Shown here in pieces: positions 1 through 12,383 of a stretch of 64,000 bases of DNA. This DNA is from Lama glama (Eukaryota). Numbering within the stretch: position 1 is the stretch's first letter; the number at the start of each line of letters is the position of its first letter. The notes beneath the pieces are model-generated. The model was not told the DNA's origin. It saw only the letters and a list, made by a program, of their open reading frames with translations, and did not search any database. The translations under genes and the position numbers were made by a program. The stretch spans positions 44,766,001 through 44,830,000 of the forward strand of contig CM052817.1 of NCBI GenBank assembly GCA_028534125.1, written 5' to 3'.

Positions 1-2834
1 GAAGAAAATGGCTGGATTCGGCCCGTATGCGGTCAGGGTGGCTCTGCGGCGTTTGTGGGGGTGGGCGCTCGATTTCAGAAGGCTAAGATGTGGACATGGT
101 GAAGGCCAACGTTGAGTGAGCCCTCCCCTGAGAAATCTGGAGGCAAAAGGTAGGAGAGAAATTGAAGTGTCCCTTGAGAAGAGAACAAGCCCAGGGGAAG
201 CTCTTTCAGACCAAGAGTCGATGTGAGACAGGAGGCCCCTCGTGGGGATTCCACCGGGAGGAGAAAGTGGAGGCCGTGAGGCTGAACACCAGCGGGAGGG
301 GCGGCCTGGGATGAAAGGAGGGGAGGGGACAGGCATGAAGAAAAAAGAGGATGTCGTTAAGAAACACTTTGAGGTATAAATGGGGAGGAGTCAGGTTATC
401 TACCGGCTAAGTGAGAGAGAGGAAATCCGGTTGAGGTTTTGAGGACAGCAGAGCATGTAGGAAGGAAATGGCCTCGGGGAGAAGAGGTTGCCCTTGGGAG
501 TCCTGTTGGTTCTTCCATTACAGGCCTGTTGCGTTCCTCCCTTCGAGTCATTCACAGTGTCTTTGCCCCCTATTCAGATGCCACTATGATCTTTGCACCT
601 CCCTCGGCTCTGGCTGTGACCCTCTCTGCAACCACTCCTGGTTTAACCCTCCTCAAGTACAGCCCTGAGCAGGGCATCTCCCTCGGCCCGATTAAATTCA
701 ACCCCATTTTAGCCTTCAGGGTCTCCAGGACACAGCCCAGCAACCTCTCCAGGCCTTTTTCTTCCACTTATCAGCACTCCAGCCAAACTGGGACTCCCGC
801 GCTAGAGCCTTCACTTACTGGTCTAGACATTTTCCAAAAGGCACTTCCTTCCATGAGACTTTTCCCCAGCCCCCAATCCCACCCCCCAACCCCCAAATTG
901 ATATGTCATTCTTCTCTTTGAACTCCGATTACATTTTGTAACTCTCTTAGAGCAAACTATGAGGTTTTCTCTTATGGTATAATTATTTTTGTAGTGTATC
1001 CTTGCCCATATTAGATCATAAATCCCTTAAGGGCCAGAGTTTGTTTATTCTTTGTATTCCCCAGAATGCAAAGTCTGTTATGCAATAGGCCTTTTTATTG
1101 TCTTTGTTCATTGAATGCCTAATATACACAGGCCCTAAGCTAAGTGGTGTATAAGGATTATCTCATAAATTCCTGAGAGAACTGATTTGCCCAAGGTCAT
1201 ACAGCTGGTGAGTGACCAAACTGGAATTTGAACCCAGTGTTCTGACCTCCCAGGACTCATGGTTGAAACTCTAGCTACACTGAATCCTAATGGCTATTAA
1301 TCCAAATTTCAAAGCATGTATTTTAGAAGTGAGTGTGCAAATTGAGGTATGCGACACCAGAGAACCTCTGTGGTAGTATTCCAGCATTTACGGTGAATTA
1401 CCGCCTTGCTCTTGGTTTGTAATTCCTCTCCACAAGCCCACACCTCATTAGGGAGATGTACTCACCAGCACCTGTCCGTTGCTGTCAAGCCTCTGGCTCC
1501 TGCTGCTCCACATAACATTAACCACAAGTCAAACCTTTCTGCAAAGCAGTCACATTGGAACTGCCCAGCTTCAGATTTCACAGAGACATTTTCTAATTGC
1601 AACTGTTTGCAAACCTCTGACTCATCTTAGTTCCAGAATAGACTCAAGGCTGAGATCTCTTACACTGAATGATGAAACCTTTACACCAAAGGAAAATCTG
1701 TGTTAGGAGAAAGAGCTAACTGTACAGAGAAAAATAAAGTTAGATTACTACTTTGTACCATGTAAATTGATGGACTCCAGATGTAATGAAGTCCTAAATG
1801 TAAACGGTAAAAGTACAGAGCTAATAGAGCAAAATCCAGGAGACTATCACTGTGATATTGCATAACACAGGAGGCCAAAACACTTCTTGACCTCGTCAAA
1901 ACAAAGCTATCTGGTGAATGAGGTTGCTGTAGACAAAGTTAGCAGATAGATCCATAGGGGGAGCAGATTTTTGTGTTGTTAAAACCGACAAGGCATTAAT
2001 ATGTAGATATAAGATGAACTCATACAAATTGATCACAAAAAAAAAGACATGAAGTCCAATATAAAATGAAGATGAGATGCTTTTCCCAGGTGCCTAGAAC
2101 AGTGCCTGGAACATAATAGGCACTCAGGATTGTTTTTTCTTTAATATATGAATGGCTAGTAAAAAGGAGCAGAAATGTTCAAATTCACTGGTAGTCAGAT
2201 AAATGCAAATTAAAACAGTGATACTACACCATTTTACATCCACCAGAAAGGCAAATATGAGAAAGATCTGATGCTGCTGATGGGAGAGTAAGCAGGTACA
2301 ATCTGGAGAACAATCTGAAAGAATTTTGTGAAATTAAGTTATGCATATATCCCAGGACCCAGCAGTCCCACTCCTGAACGTGTATGGCCCAGAGAAAATT
2401 TTGCACAAGACTGTAAGCGGACACGTGGTGTTATTTGGGGCAACAGTACATTCAAGGCCACCAAGCTGCCCATCATGAAATAGTATGTAAAATGTGATGG
2501 ATGCCTATGAAATACTGTGAGGTAGATAGAGCAATGAATTGGATCTACACACAGTAATGTAATTAAATCTTAAATACATGTTGGTAATTAAAAGGTAAGA
2601 AACAAGATTTCTAGTACAATAACATTTATATACATTGAAAATACATATGCATTCATAATAACACTACTTAGGTTTCAAGGGTACATGATTAAGACCAGTT
2701 CTTAAACAAATTAAAGAGAATGTCTTTGTTGGGCACAAGGGTAGGAATGGGCTTTGGAATAAGGGGGAAACGAGTGAATGAGTAAATAACCAGAGGAGGG
2801 CCTTCCACAGACCAGTGAGGGTAATAGCTCTGAA

Positions 2835-3000
2835 CCAGGACTTCTCAGACCGAGGTGTGCAGAGGAAGCGTTGCCAGCATTCCTAAGGGGAGATTCCTAC
2901 TCAGCAGGTCTGGGGTGGGGCCTGGGATTCTGCTTTTTCTAAGAAGCTGCCAGTTAATACTGATGCTGCTGGTATGTAGACCTCACTTTAAGCGGCAAGG
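2835..3000. mobile_element. MER5A-like (hAT-Charlie)
   Basis: CAGCAGGTCTGGGGTGGGGCCTG...CTGATGCTGCTGGT motifs. Confidence 0.7.
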
Positions 3001-3544
3001 AGACTAAGGAGTAAGGTTAGCTCAGATCTGGAAGCTTTAAAGAGAACAGGAGGAAGGAAGGAGGTGATCAGGAAGGGAAAAAGGGAAATCGTTTTTAAGA
3101 GTGGTGTTGAGGGCATCCAGAGCCGGGCAGCGGGTCTGCAGCACACAGAGGGGAAGAGGCAGGAGGCACTGTCTTCTTCTCCTGGTCAGTCATCCCAGGC
3201 CATGCCGCACACACCAGTGATGTTTCCCTCACTAGAGTGCAAGCTCACGAGGGCAGAGGGTGTACAGGTTCCTCCTAGTGTCCTGCATAGTCAGGTACTG
3301 AATGAATGTGCATGTACTGAATGAATGAATGAATATCAGGAATGGTGAAGCACCAAGAGTGTATTTACCATAAGTGGTAAATGTCCAGAACATAATTTGT
3401 TTAAGAATTGGTAGTTATCTTCTTGGGGGAGAGTGAGGTAGATTATAAAAGGACATACCTAAGCAAAACCAGGGTGAGGGCAAAGTTTGAGGTGACCTTT
3501 ATTCCCCGTTTCTTGTCTTTTTCCTCTTTTCAGTATTATTCTTT

Positions 3545-3932
3545 TTTGTTGTGGAAGCATAGTTCATTTTAAATGTTGTGTTAGTTTCTGGTGTACAGCA
3601 TAATGGTCTGTTATACATATGGATTCCTTTTCATATTCTTTTCCATTATAGATCATTACAAGATATTGAATATAGTTCCCTGTGCTGTACAGTAGGACTT
3701 TGTTGTTTATCTGTTTTATATATAGTAGTGTGTATCTGCAAATCTCGGAATCCCAATTTACCCCTCCCTCCATTTTCCCTTTGGTAACCCTAAGTTTCTT
3801 TTCTATGTCTGAGTCTATTTCTATTTTGTAAATAAAAACTCATTTGTGTCATTTTTTTAGATTCCACATATAAGTGATATCATATGACATTTGTCTTTTT
3901 CTGTCTGACTTACTTTACTTAGTATGGTAATC
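3545..3932 (-). mobile_element. L1 3'-end fragment
   Basis: L1 3' UTR sequence; 15-bp TSD TCAGTATTATTCTTT at 3530-3544 and 3933-3947. Confidence 0.85.
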
Positions 3933-5874
3933 TCAGTATTATTCTTTAATTGCTCCCTGATCACACCTACCACCCGACCATGGCATTATAAGTATTGTTA
4001 TCCGTTAAAATGTGTCAGAAAAAAAGCTGATGTCTCACCAATACCTTAGGGTTAATTTACTTGATATTTTAAAATCTAGAGGGGAAACGAACTAAAAGGA
4101 TGGATTTCAAATGGAAGCATTTCGTACACTGGGCACCTGCGTGGGAATGGCTTTGAGGAAGCAGGGCTCCTCCAGCCCTCCACACCAGAGTGTGCAGAAC
4201 CCCCTGTTGTGCTCATAGACAGTGGGTCTTATACGTGCACCATTGCTCGTGCCCTGGAGCAAAGTGGGCTATGTCACAAAGAAGTACAACAGACCAGAAT
4301 CACTTCTTAAATGGGCAAGGTCACCTGTAATAAAAAAAATACAAATTAAGATACCAGTTTTTGTCTATCAAGTTGGCAAATTTTTTTAAGAGGAAACTAA
4401 TATTGGCAAAAATGCTAAGAAAAAGTACACATATTCAACTTGTGAACGTGGGAAAAGATACAAACTTTTTGGATGGCAATTTGGCTATCCAAAACCTTAA
4501 AAAAATAAATAAATAAACAACTTCGTGTGTGTGTGTGTGTGTTTACATACGTACATATATAAATACTTTTTGACAAGAATTTCAAAGTCTGGGAATTTTG
4601 AGTGAGTAGAGGTCAGGGATGCTGCTAAACATTCTATAATGTGCAGACAGCCCCTCACAACAAAGAATAATTCTGTCCAAAATATCAATACTGCTGAGGT
4701 TGAAAAACTGCCCTATAGCGTGTGATCCAAGAAAAGACAAGGAGGAAGCCCAACGCCTTTTATAACCTAGTCTTGGAAATCACACATCACCTCTTCTGCC
4801 ACATTCTATTCATTAGAAGGAAGCAACTAAGTGCAGACGACCTTCCAGAAGAGGAGAGCTAAACTCCTCCAAATTTCCTTTGAAGGAAAGGGTATCAAAT
4901 TATTTGTGGACATAGTTAAAGACCAGCACAGTCTGTCCTCCAGACACAAATTATTTACATTGCTCTTATGTGCAAAGTACTGTCTTTTGAAAAGAGGTTA
5001 TATCAGGTAAGTTGTGCACCTCTTCTTAAACAAACACAAACCTCCCAAATCAGGGAGTCCTTGGGATTGTCTAAAGGAATCTCATGTCTTGCAGCTGTTG
5101 AACTGAGAGAGAAAAAGAAAAAAAGCGACCCTTTAATTTGCTGGATTAGAACATCATTTTAATTCACAGCTTTGCAAGATCTCTTACGTGAAGATAGTGT
5201 ATCGACTGGGAAAGAGTGAGGCCCGGAATGCTGACGTGTACTTATGGGAGGATTCAGATGGCAGCAAGTTGCCTAAATCCCAACCTTCTGGAAATAAACT
5301 ACTCACACCTCCTGTTGCAGGGAGTGCAGTTGACTGATGGACTCAGCTGCGTCCCCTCTGGATCTTTTACCCTCTCACTGAGGCCACACTCCTTAGGCTC
5401 TTCCCCGCCAGTGACTGAGGATGCAGAAGTACCAAGGCAGGCCTGTTTTAGCAAAGTGTGAGACGCCTCCTCTTGGCAGCTTTGACTTGAGGTCTCCCTG
5501 TTGGCCTGACCAGACCTTTATTCGAATTGTGCTTCAGTTCAAGATTCTTCCTACCCAAATCTTCCTTCGTTCTCCCCTTCCTTCCACAGGGATCACACAT
5601 GCATTAGAAGCTAAGGGCTCTCCCTATTTACTGCTCCCACCCCAGTAAATTTCTTGAACATTTAACCCCATTTTGCCATCTGCTCTTTGGCAGACCCCAA
5701 CGAATGCAGACCTTCTTGTTAGATAAGTTCTCCTTATTCCTCTGGGTGACGAGGATTCTCCCACCTTGCATGAAGATTCTGTAATGACCTTTGTGGAAAT
5801 AACCTGGCAGGAGGCTGGGGTAGCCAACTCTTCATTCTTCATCCGCAACATCCCTCATTGCCTTGAATCCTAGC

Positions 5875-6127
5875 ACCAGTCATATGCTAGAGACAGTCTG
5901 TCCCAGCTCACAAAAGCCAATTGTCAAATTTTCAGGAACTTAGTGAGCTGGTGGACATTATTAAAACTTAAATTGTAGTAAAACCAAAGATAATAAAACT
6001 CAAAAACTCAGCACTTCCCAGTTATTAACACCTTTTTGTTAGTATCTAAGCTCTTGAGGTTATTTACATCTACTGTATCTGAGTGTTGGAAATAATATAT
6101 AATGATGTACTCCTTGCACGTCTCTTT
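5875..6127. mobile_element. MER63-like (hAT-Blackjack) fragment
   Basis: AAATTTTCAGGAA...CTCTTGAGGTTATTTACATCTA motifs. Confidence 0.6.
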
Positions 6128-6129
6128 GG

Positions 6130-8150
6130 ATTGCGGAGACCAGATTTAGATATGCTGTTTCAGCTCATTTCTTCAGTAAACTGACAGATTGCCAACTTTG
6201 AGGGCAGCCTGAAGCAGGAGAAGGCCATTTAGCTGGTGCATAAATCTCTGCCCTCTGATCCAGTGAATCCAGTGTGCTTGAAGCACCTGTGGCACAGAGA
6301 GCTGCTGAATGGAGCTTCGGCACGTCTAGAAAGGCGAATCAGAGGGCAAGCCCCCAGCTTTGCAGCCGAGCCATGAGCTCTGTGGCCTGTAACTGTTCTC
6401 CTCTAGGGAAACCAGACTCGGGTTGCTGCTTGTCACTAGTTCATACAGCAGCCTGATCATGAGACTTTGGGTGCCCATCGTCCACAGGAGTCATCTGATC
6501 CACTAAGCCATAAGGTCAGCAAACAGTGTGCGTGCACAGTGTGCCAGGCTCTCTTCCGCACACTTTACTGGTAACATTTCCTTCAATCTCCACCACAGTT
6601 CTGGGTGATCGTGCTGTTGTTGTTGTTGCTACTGTCCCTACTTTAGATGAGAAAACTGACACAGAGAGGGGATAGGCAATTTGCCCCGTAATCATATAGC
6701 TCATAAGTAGCAGAGCTTGGGTTAAACCCAGACCCTCTGGCTCCAAAGTCCATATGTTTAATTACCAAATTATATTGCTTCTTGTAATCAAGTGGAAGTT
6801 TTCTATTTAGGGCTGTGCTTGACCAGAAATTGAAGACAGAACAAACTGCATGGTGAGCCCACTCCTACCTCATGGCCATTCCTCCTCGGCCTACTCGGCC
6901 AGCCTGGGGATGTTCTCTAAGTCCAGGTGACGGAGTAGACAACCTCCACAGTGTGATGGCACCAGCCACAAGCGGATGGCCACAACACTGTGGCCCAACT
7001 CACGAGTGGCCCTGAGGAATAGCTGAAAAGGGGAATTTTCCAGTAGACAAAGTGAGCATGTCATCCTACTGACCACTTTGTCTGAAAGGAGAATTGGCCT
7101 GAGGTTAATGGTCAGCAGCTTATGGTTTAGCTTAGCAGCCAGAAACTTGGAAGGATCAAGAATGCAGGGCTGGTGTCAAGGAGGTTTGGGAGAAGAGGTG
7201 TATGGGGGTCACTCAGAATGGATCCAGGGTATAAGGCTATTTGGTTCTTTGTGAATACCCACCCAAAGGCTTCCACTGTAGGGGAAGTGCTCAGTAATCA
7301 CATGGAAAGTCGGACCTGTCCTCTACACGCCAGCCCACTTCTTTCTCCAGGAGTGCTGGTGTTGCCCAGTGATCTCATGAACACAGTAGCCACAGAGGCA
7401 GAAAGGCAGGCTCTCCGTGTGCTCAGCTACTTGGATTTCCCCTTGCCCAGGCTGACCTGGCTACTGCTTCTGTTGCATATTCAGTTGTCCAGCAATTAAA
7501 ACCAAACTTGAGTCCCTGATGCGAATTAGGCTTGAGTGTAACACAGCCAGGAACAATGTGGCAGTGTGGCCAGGGAAAGAAATGAATTCTCTCCAGACCA
7601 CTGCTGACACCGTCTTGGCTCAGCATTTGAATGTCAGAATCCTGGGACTGAATACCAAACTCCTGCCCCAGCTTGCCTAGCAGAACTGGATGCCTCCTCC
7701 CCTGTGTTTGCGGGCTGAGCAGTTCTCCCTCTGGCTCCTGTGGGCTATCGTGTGGGCGTGCGTAATGAGTTGAAACAGCAAGGGAGTCTATGGGAAGAGT
7801 GGCCTTACTAGAATAGCACCTTATTCTGGTTTTGGATTTGTTTTCCTGCTTAACAAACTTCTGCCCACATCAATATTCATAGACTTGCTGAGTGCTTATT
7901 CACCACCACGGTATGCCACTCAGCACTGAAGCTAATTTCAGCAATGGGCTGACACCATAGGTTCACTGCTTCTGTCCTGTACCCCCTCACCCTAACGTTT
8001 CCCGCCTCGCAAGGGTGACTCGTTTCTGCCTACAGATTACTGAAATGGGATCATGACAGACCCAGAGGACGAAAGGTCATTCATCACCCAGAGATTCTGG
8101 ATATGAAGACAGATACAGTAACTGATAAAACTTTGGGAGCCAATATCCTT
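6130..8150 (+). mobile_element. Highly decayed ERVL-like internal fragments interrupted by a MIR
   Basis: Patchy resemblance to recalled ERVL pol-region sequence; no intact ORF. Confidence 0.45.
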
Positions 8151-8166
8151 TTAATAAATTCCTTTT

Positions 8167-8293
8167 TTTCGGTGGGGGAGGTAATTAGGTTTATTTATTT
8201 TAGTGGAAGTACTGGGGATTGAATCCAGGACCTCATGCATGCTAGGCATGCAGTCTACCACTGAGCTATATTCTCCGCTCTATTCTCCCCTCC
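8167..8293 (-). mobile_element. Vic-1-type tRNA-derived SINE
   Basis: tRNA-like A box TAGCTCAGTGG and B box GATTCAATCC, AATAAATAAACCTAATTACCTCCCCC tail; TSD AATAAATT(C/T)CTTTT. Confidence 0.85.
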
Positions 8294-8691
8294 AATAAAT
8301 TTCTTTTGATTAAATTACCCAGAGGGTATTTCAAAGAGAATGCATCTAGAAGGATGCATTCCAGTGAGTGAAGAGTGGTTGTCACTGACTCTACAGGAAT
8401 TATTTGTATTTTCCATGTTCTTTTTTGTTTGTCTGTATTTTCTAATTTTCCTAACATGAGCATTAACATTTTTAATAAAATTTATTTCAAAAAATACATC
8501 ACCTTGAGTTTCTATTAAACTTTATGACCCATGACCCTATAGGTATACATTTATTGTCAAGATTAACATGCCAAAAAAGGAGGAAAAGCCTCAATAAGCT
8601 TAATTTAAAATGGAAGAAAATTATATTCTAAAGAGTAAAGGACGTATTCACTCAAAACCGGGGAAAATGCAATAGAGTAATTCTTTATGGT

Positions 8692-8697
8692 TTTATT
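8692..8697 (-). terminator. Candidate FAM47E polyadenylation signal AATAAA
   Basis: TTTATT on + strand about 360 nt past the stop; other candidates at 8550-8555 and 8481-8486. Confidence 0.4.
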
Positions 8698-9052
8698 TAT
8701 TTTTACAAATAGTTGATATACCTATGTAATATTGACAATGCTACAAACATGTTAGACTACCAAATACGAATATTGATCTCAGAGTTGATAAAACATATAA
8801 AATATTGATTAACTGAGCAGAAGACCATTCTGAAATGTTTGTAAGTATTAGTTTTAAATTTTATGGATGTTGCCAAGTCAGAGTTGTACATCTGTGGTGG
8901 GACATTCATCATAAATTGTGTTTAATGTTTAATGAGAGAAATAGCCAAGTACATAGTAAGTGGAATTTGTGTAATCATCTTCCCAAGATTCTTCTATGCT
9001 TGAATTATTTTATGGGAGTCTTACTACATTCACATCTACATTCCTTCCTGAT

Positions 9053-9070
9053 TTACAGCTTCTCAAGGAA
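9053..9070 (-). CDS. FAM47E: FAM47E terminal coding exon 8 (FLEKL-stop)
   Basis: Long CT/T polypyrimidine tract then TTTAG|TTC CTT GAG AAG CTG TAA; the in-frame sequence after the stop (IRKECRCECSKTPIK*) resembles the recalled human C-terminus. Confidence 0.85.
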   Translation of the reverse strand, partial: FLEKL

Positions 9071-9281
9071 CTAAAGAAAAAAGAGAGAGAGAGAGAAATT
9101 TCACTAGATTGGCAACAAAAGTTATACAGTCCTGCCGCAACCACTACCATACCCCAAATTCACAATCTCACACTTTGACATACTTCCTTATAGAACTCAT
9201 AATCTTATGTCAATAGTTAGACCATGGTAGACGTTAGACTTTGGAAGGTAGTTAGACAGCATCAGAAATAGCCTAGATCTA

Positions 9282-9605
9282 CGCTCATGTGTGGAATCTA
9301 AAAAAAAAGAACATAAATACAAAACAGAAACAGACTTGTGGTTGCCAAGGGGGTGGGGGTTGGGAAGGGATAGACTGGGACCAAATTTGAAGATACTGAC
9401 AGGCATATGTAGAATAGATAAACAAGATTATACTGTACAGCATGAGGAAATATATACAAGATCTTGTAGTAGCTCACAGTGAAAAAAAATGACAGTGAAT
9501 ATACATATGTTTGTGTATAACTGAAAAATTGTGCTCTACACTGGAATTTGACACAACATTGTAAAATGACTATAACTCAATAAAAAAATGTTTTTTTTAA
9601 AAAAA
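9282..9605 (+). mobile_element. L1 3'-end fragment, same 3' UTR type as the 41160 element
   Basis: L1 3' UTR with A tail; near-perfect TSD AAATA(G)CCTAGATCTA. Confidence 0.85.
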
Positions 9606-9890
9606 AAATACCTAGATCTAATTCACCCTTGTTCTGTGGCCAAGTCCAGCCCAGCTCAGCACAGCTTTGTGCTGCTCATCCCTGTTAGTAAAGGCCTAGG
9701 ACCTCTTGTGTAATGGAGGGAATGAAGCTGTGGGTAATGCGTAGAGCAGTTAATCCAGCAGCAGATACTGGAATGTGTATGTAAGGACATATGCTCGTGT
9801 AACACGTATGAACATGTGTGTACACAGTACACAGAAATTAGGGGAGTAAAGATAATGAAAGTTCACCTATAAATTTAAGTAAGTAATGAC

Positions 9891-9900
9891 TGTGTGTGTA

Positions 9901-9937
<37 letters not shown>

Positions 9938-9960
9938 TGTATTTTCCATATATATATATA
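9891..9960. repeat. (TG)n(TA)n microsatellite; other simple repeats at 10300-10343, 14668-14730, 22919-22953, 26229-26257, 31281-31308, 36162-36190
   Basis: Visible directly. Confidence 0.9.
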
Positions 9961-10306
9961 ATTTACTATAATAGATTCCCTCCTCTCTTTTAGTTGAAAT
10001 CTTATTGATAAAATAGAGGATTCAGGATGTAAGAATAAAGGGAGAAAATATTCCAAGGTTCTGAGAGACAGTGTTCTCAGAGCACTTAGCTGTAGCCAGA
10101 GGCATCAGCTCCCTTTAGTCAATGCAGCTAAAAGAGTATAGCCAGTGCATCAGGCATGCTTCCTTTTGCCCAAAATTGAACTAAATGTTCATCAACAGAA
10201 TGGATTAAACCAAAGAGGACAAATCAAAATTTTAAAAATGTTATTGCCACTAAAAATATTAAGAAAAAACATTAAGTCATAATATCAAGAGCAAAGAAGG
10301 AATATA

Positions 10307-10343
<37 letters not shown>

Positions 10344-10595
10344 CTGGACAAGAAGAATATATGTGTGTATATATGCACATTTATATATGCACACATATCA
10401 CATATTATGTTTAAGTATAATTTTATATATAAATATGTGACAAATACAATTATTTAATCAAAGTATATAAGCATATTTTATAATTATACTTACATAATAG
10501 ATATAAATATACTTATGTGGCATTTGTATATACATAAGGCAATTATTAAAAGTACATAAATGTGTGTAAGTACATTAACTATCAGGCTTATTATT

Positions 10596-12383
10596 TTTTT
10601 AATTGAAGTATAGTCAGTTACAATGTGTCAATTTCTGATATACTGCATAATGTCCAGTCATGCATATATATATATATATATACGTATATATATATATGTA
10701 TATGTATATATATATATACGTATATATATATATATACGTATATATATATATATACGTATATATATATATATATACACAGATACTCATTTTCATATTCTTT
10801 TTCATTAAGGGTTATTACAAGATACTGAATATAGTTCCCTGTGCTATACAGTATGACTTTGTTGTTTATCTGTTTTTATATATAGTGGTTAACAATTGCA
10901 AATCTCGAAGTCCCAAATTTATCCCTCCCCACCCCCTTCCCCTTTCCCCCAGTAACCATAAGATTGTTTATTGTGTCTGTGAGTCTGTTTCTGTTTTGTA
11001 GGTGAGTTCATCAGTGTCCTTTTTGTTTGTTTCCACATGAGTGATATCATATGGTATTTTTCTTTCTCTTTCTGGCTTATTTCACTTAGAATGACAATCT
11101 CCAGGTCCATCCATGTTGCTGCAAGTGGCATTATTTTATTCTTTTTATGGCTGAGTAGTATTCCATCATATAAATATACCATAACTTCTTTATCCAGTCA
11201 TCTGTCGATGGACACTTAGGTTGTTTCCATGTCTTGACTATTGTATATAGTGCTGCTATGGACATTGGGGTACATATATCTTTTTGAATTAGAGTTCCCT
11301 CTGGATATATGCACAGGAGTGATTGCTGGATCATATGGTAAGTCTATTTTTAGTTTTTTGAGGAATCTCCACACTGTTTTCCATAATAGTTGCACCAAAC
11401 TATGTACCTACCAGCAATGTAGGAGAGTTCCCTTTTCTCCATACCTTCTCCAGCATTTATCATTTGTGGACTTTTGAATGATGGCCATTCTGACTGGTAT
11501 GAGGTGATACCTCATTATAGTTTTGATTTGCATTTCTCTGATAGTGATATTGAGCTTTTTTTCTTTTTTCATGTGCCTATTGGCCATTATGTCTTCGTTA
11601 GAGAATTGCTTGTTTAGGTCTTCTACCCACTTTTGGATTAGGTTGTTTTTTGTTGTTGTTGTTATTAACTTGTATGAGCTGCTTATACATTCTGGAGATC
11701 AAGCCTTTGTCAGTTTCATTTGCAAAAATTTTTTCCCATTCCATAGGTTGTCATTTTGTTTTACTTATGGTTTCCTTTGCTGTGCAAAAGCTTGTAAGTT
11801 TAATTATGTCCCATTTGTTTATTTTTGCTTTTATTTCTATTGCCTGGGTAGGCTGCCCTAGGAGAATATTGCTAAGATTTACGTCAGACAATGTTTTGCT
11901 TATGTTTTCATCTAGGAGGTTTACAGTGTCTTGTCTTATATTTAAGTCTTTAAGCCATTTTAAGTTTATTTTTGTGTATAGTGTGAAGAGAGTGTTCTAA
12001 CTTCACAGATTTACATGCTGCTGTCCAGTTTTCCCAACATGACTTGCTGAAGAGACTGTCTTTTCTCCACTGTGTATTCTTGCCTCCTTTGTGGAAGATT
12101 AACTGACCATAGGTGTCGGGGTTAATTTCTGATCTCTCTATTCTGTTCCACTGATCCATATGTCTGTCTTTGTGTCGATACCATACTGTTATGATTATTG
12201 TAGCTCTGTAGTATTTTCTGACATCTGGGAGGTTTTTCCTCCAGCTTCGTTCTTATTCTTCAGGATTGCTTTGGCAATTCTGAGTCTTTTCTGATTCTAT
12301 ATACATTTTAGGATTATTTGTTCTAGTTCTGTGAAAAATGTCCTGGGTAATTTGATAGGGATCACATTAAACCTGTAGGTTGT
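10596..12383 (-). mobile_element. 5'-truncated L1 (ORF2 C-terminus plus 3' UTR) in FAM47E intron 7
   Basis: ORF2-like peptides ([35 protein letters not shown]); 17-bp TSD CTATCAGGCTTATTATT at 10579-10595 and 12384-12400. Confidence 0.92.
10664..10775. repeat. Compound (TA)n microsatellite with periodic CG interruptions
   Basis: Visible directly; lies within an L1 3' UTR. Confidence 0.95.

Noticed and set aside
439..921. 160-aa + strand ORF
   Set aside because: TTG start, no recognisable domain or splice structure, and overlaps decayed L2-like sequence.
10614..11001. YI/IY-repeat ORFs
   Set aside because: Translations of the (TA)n microsatellite in an L1 3' UTR.
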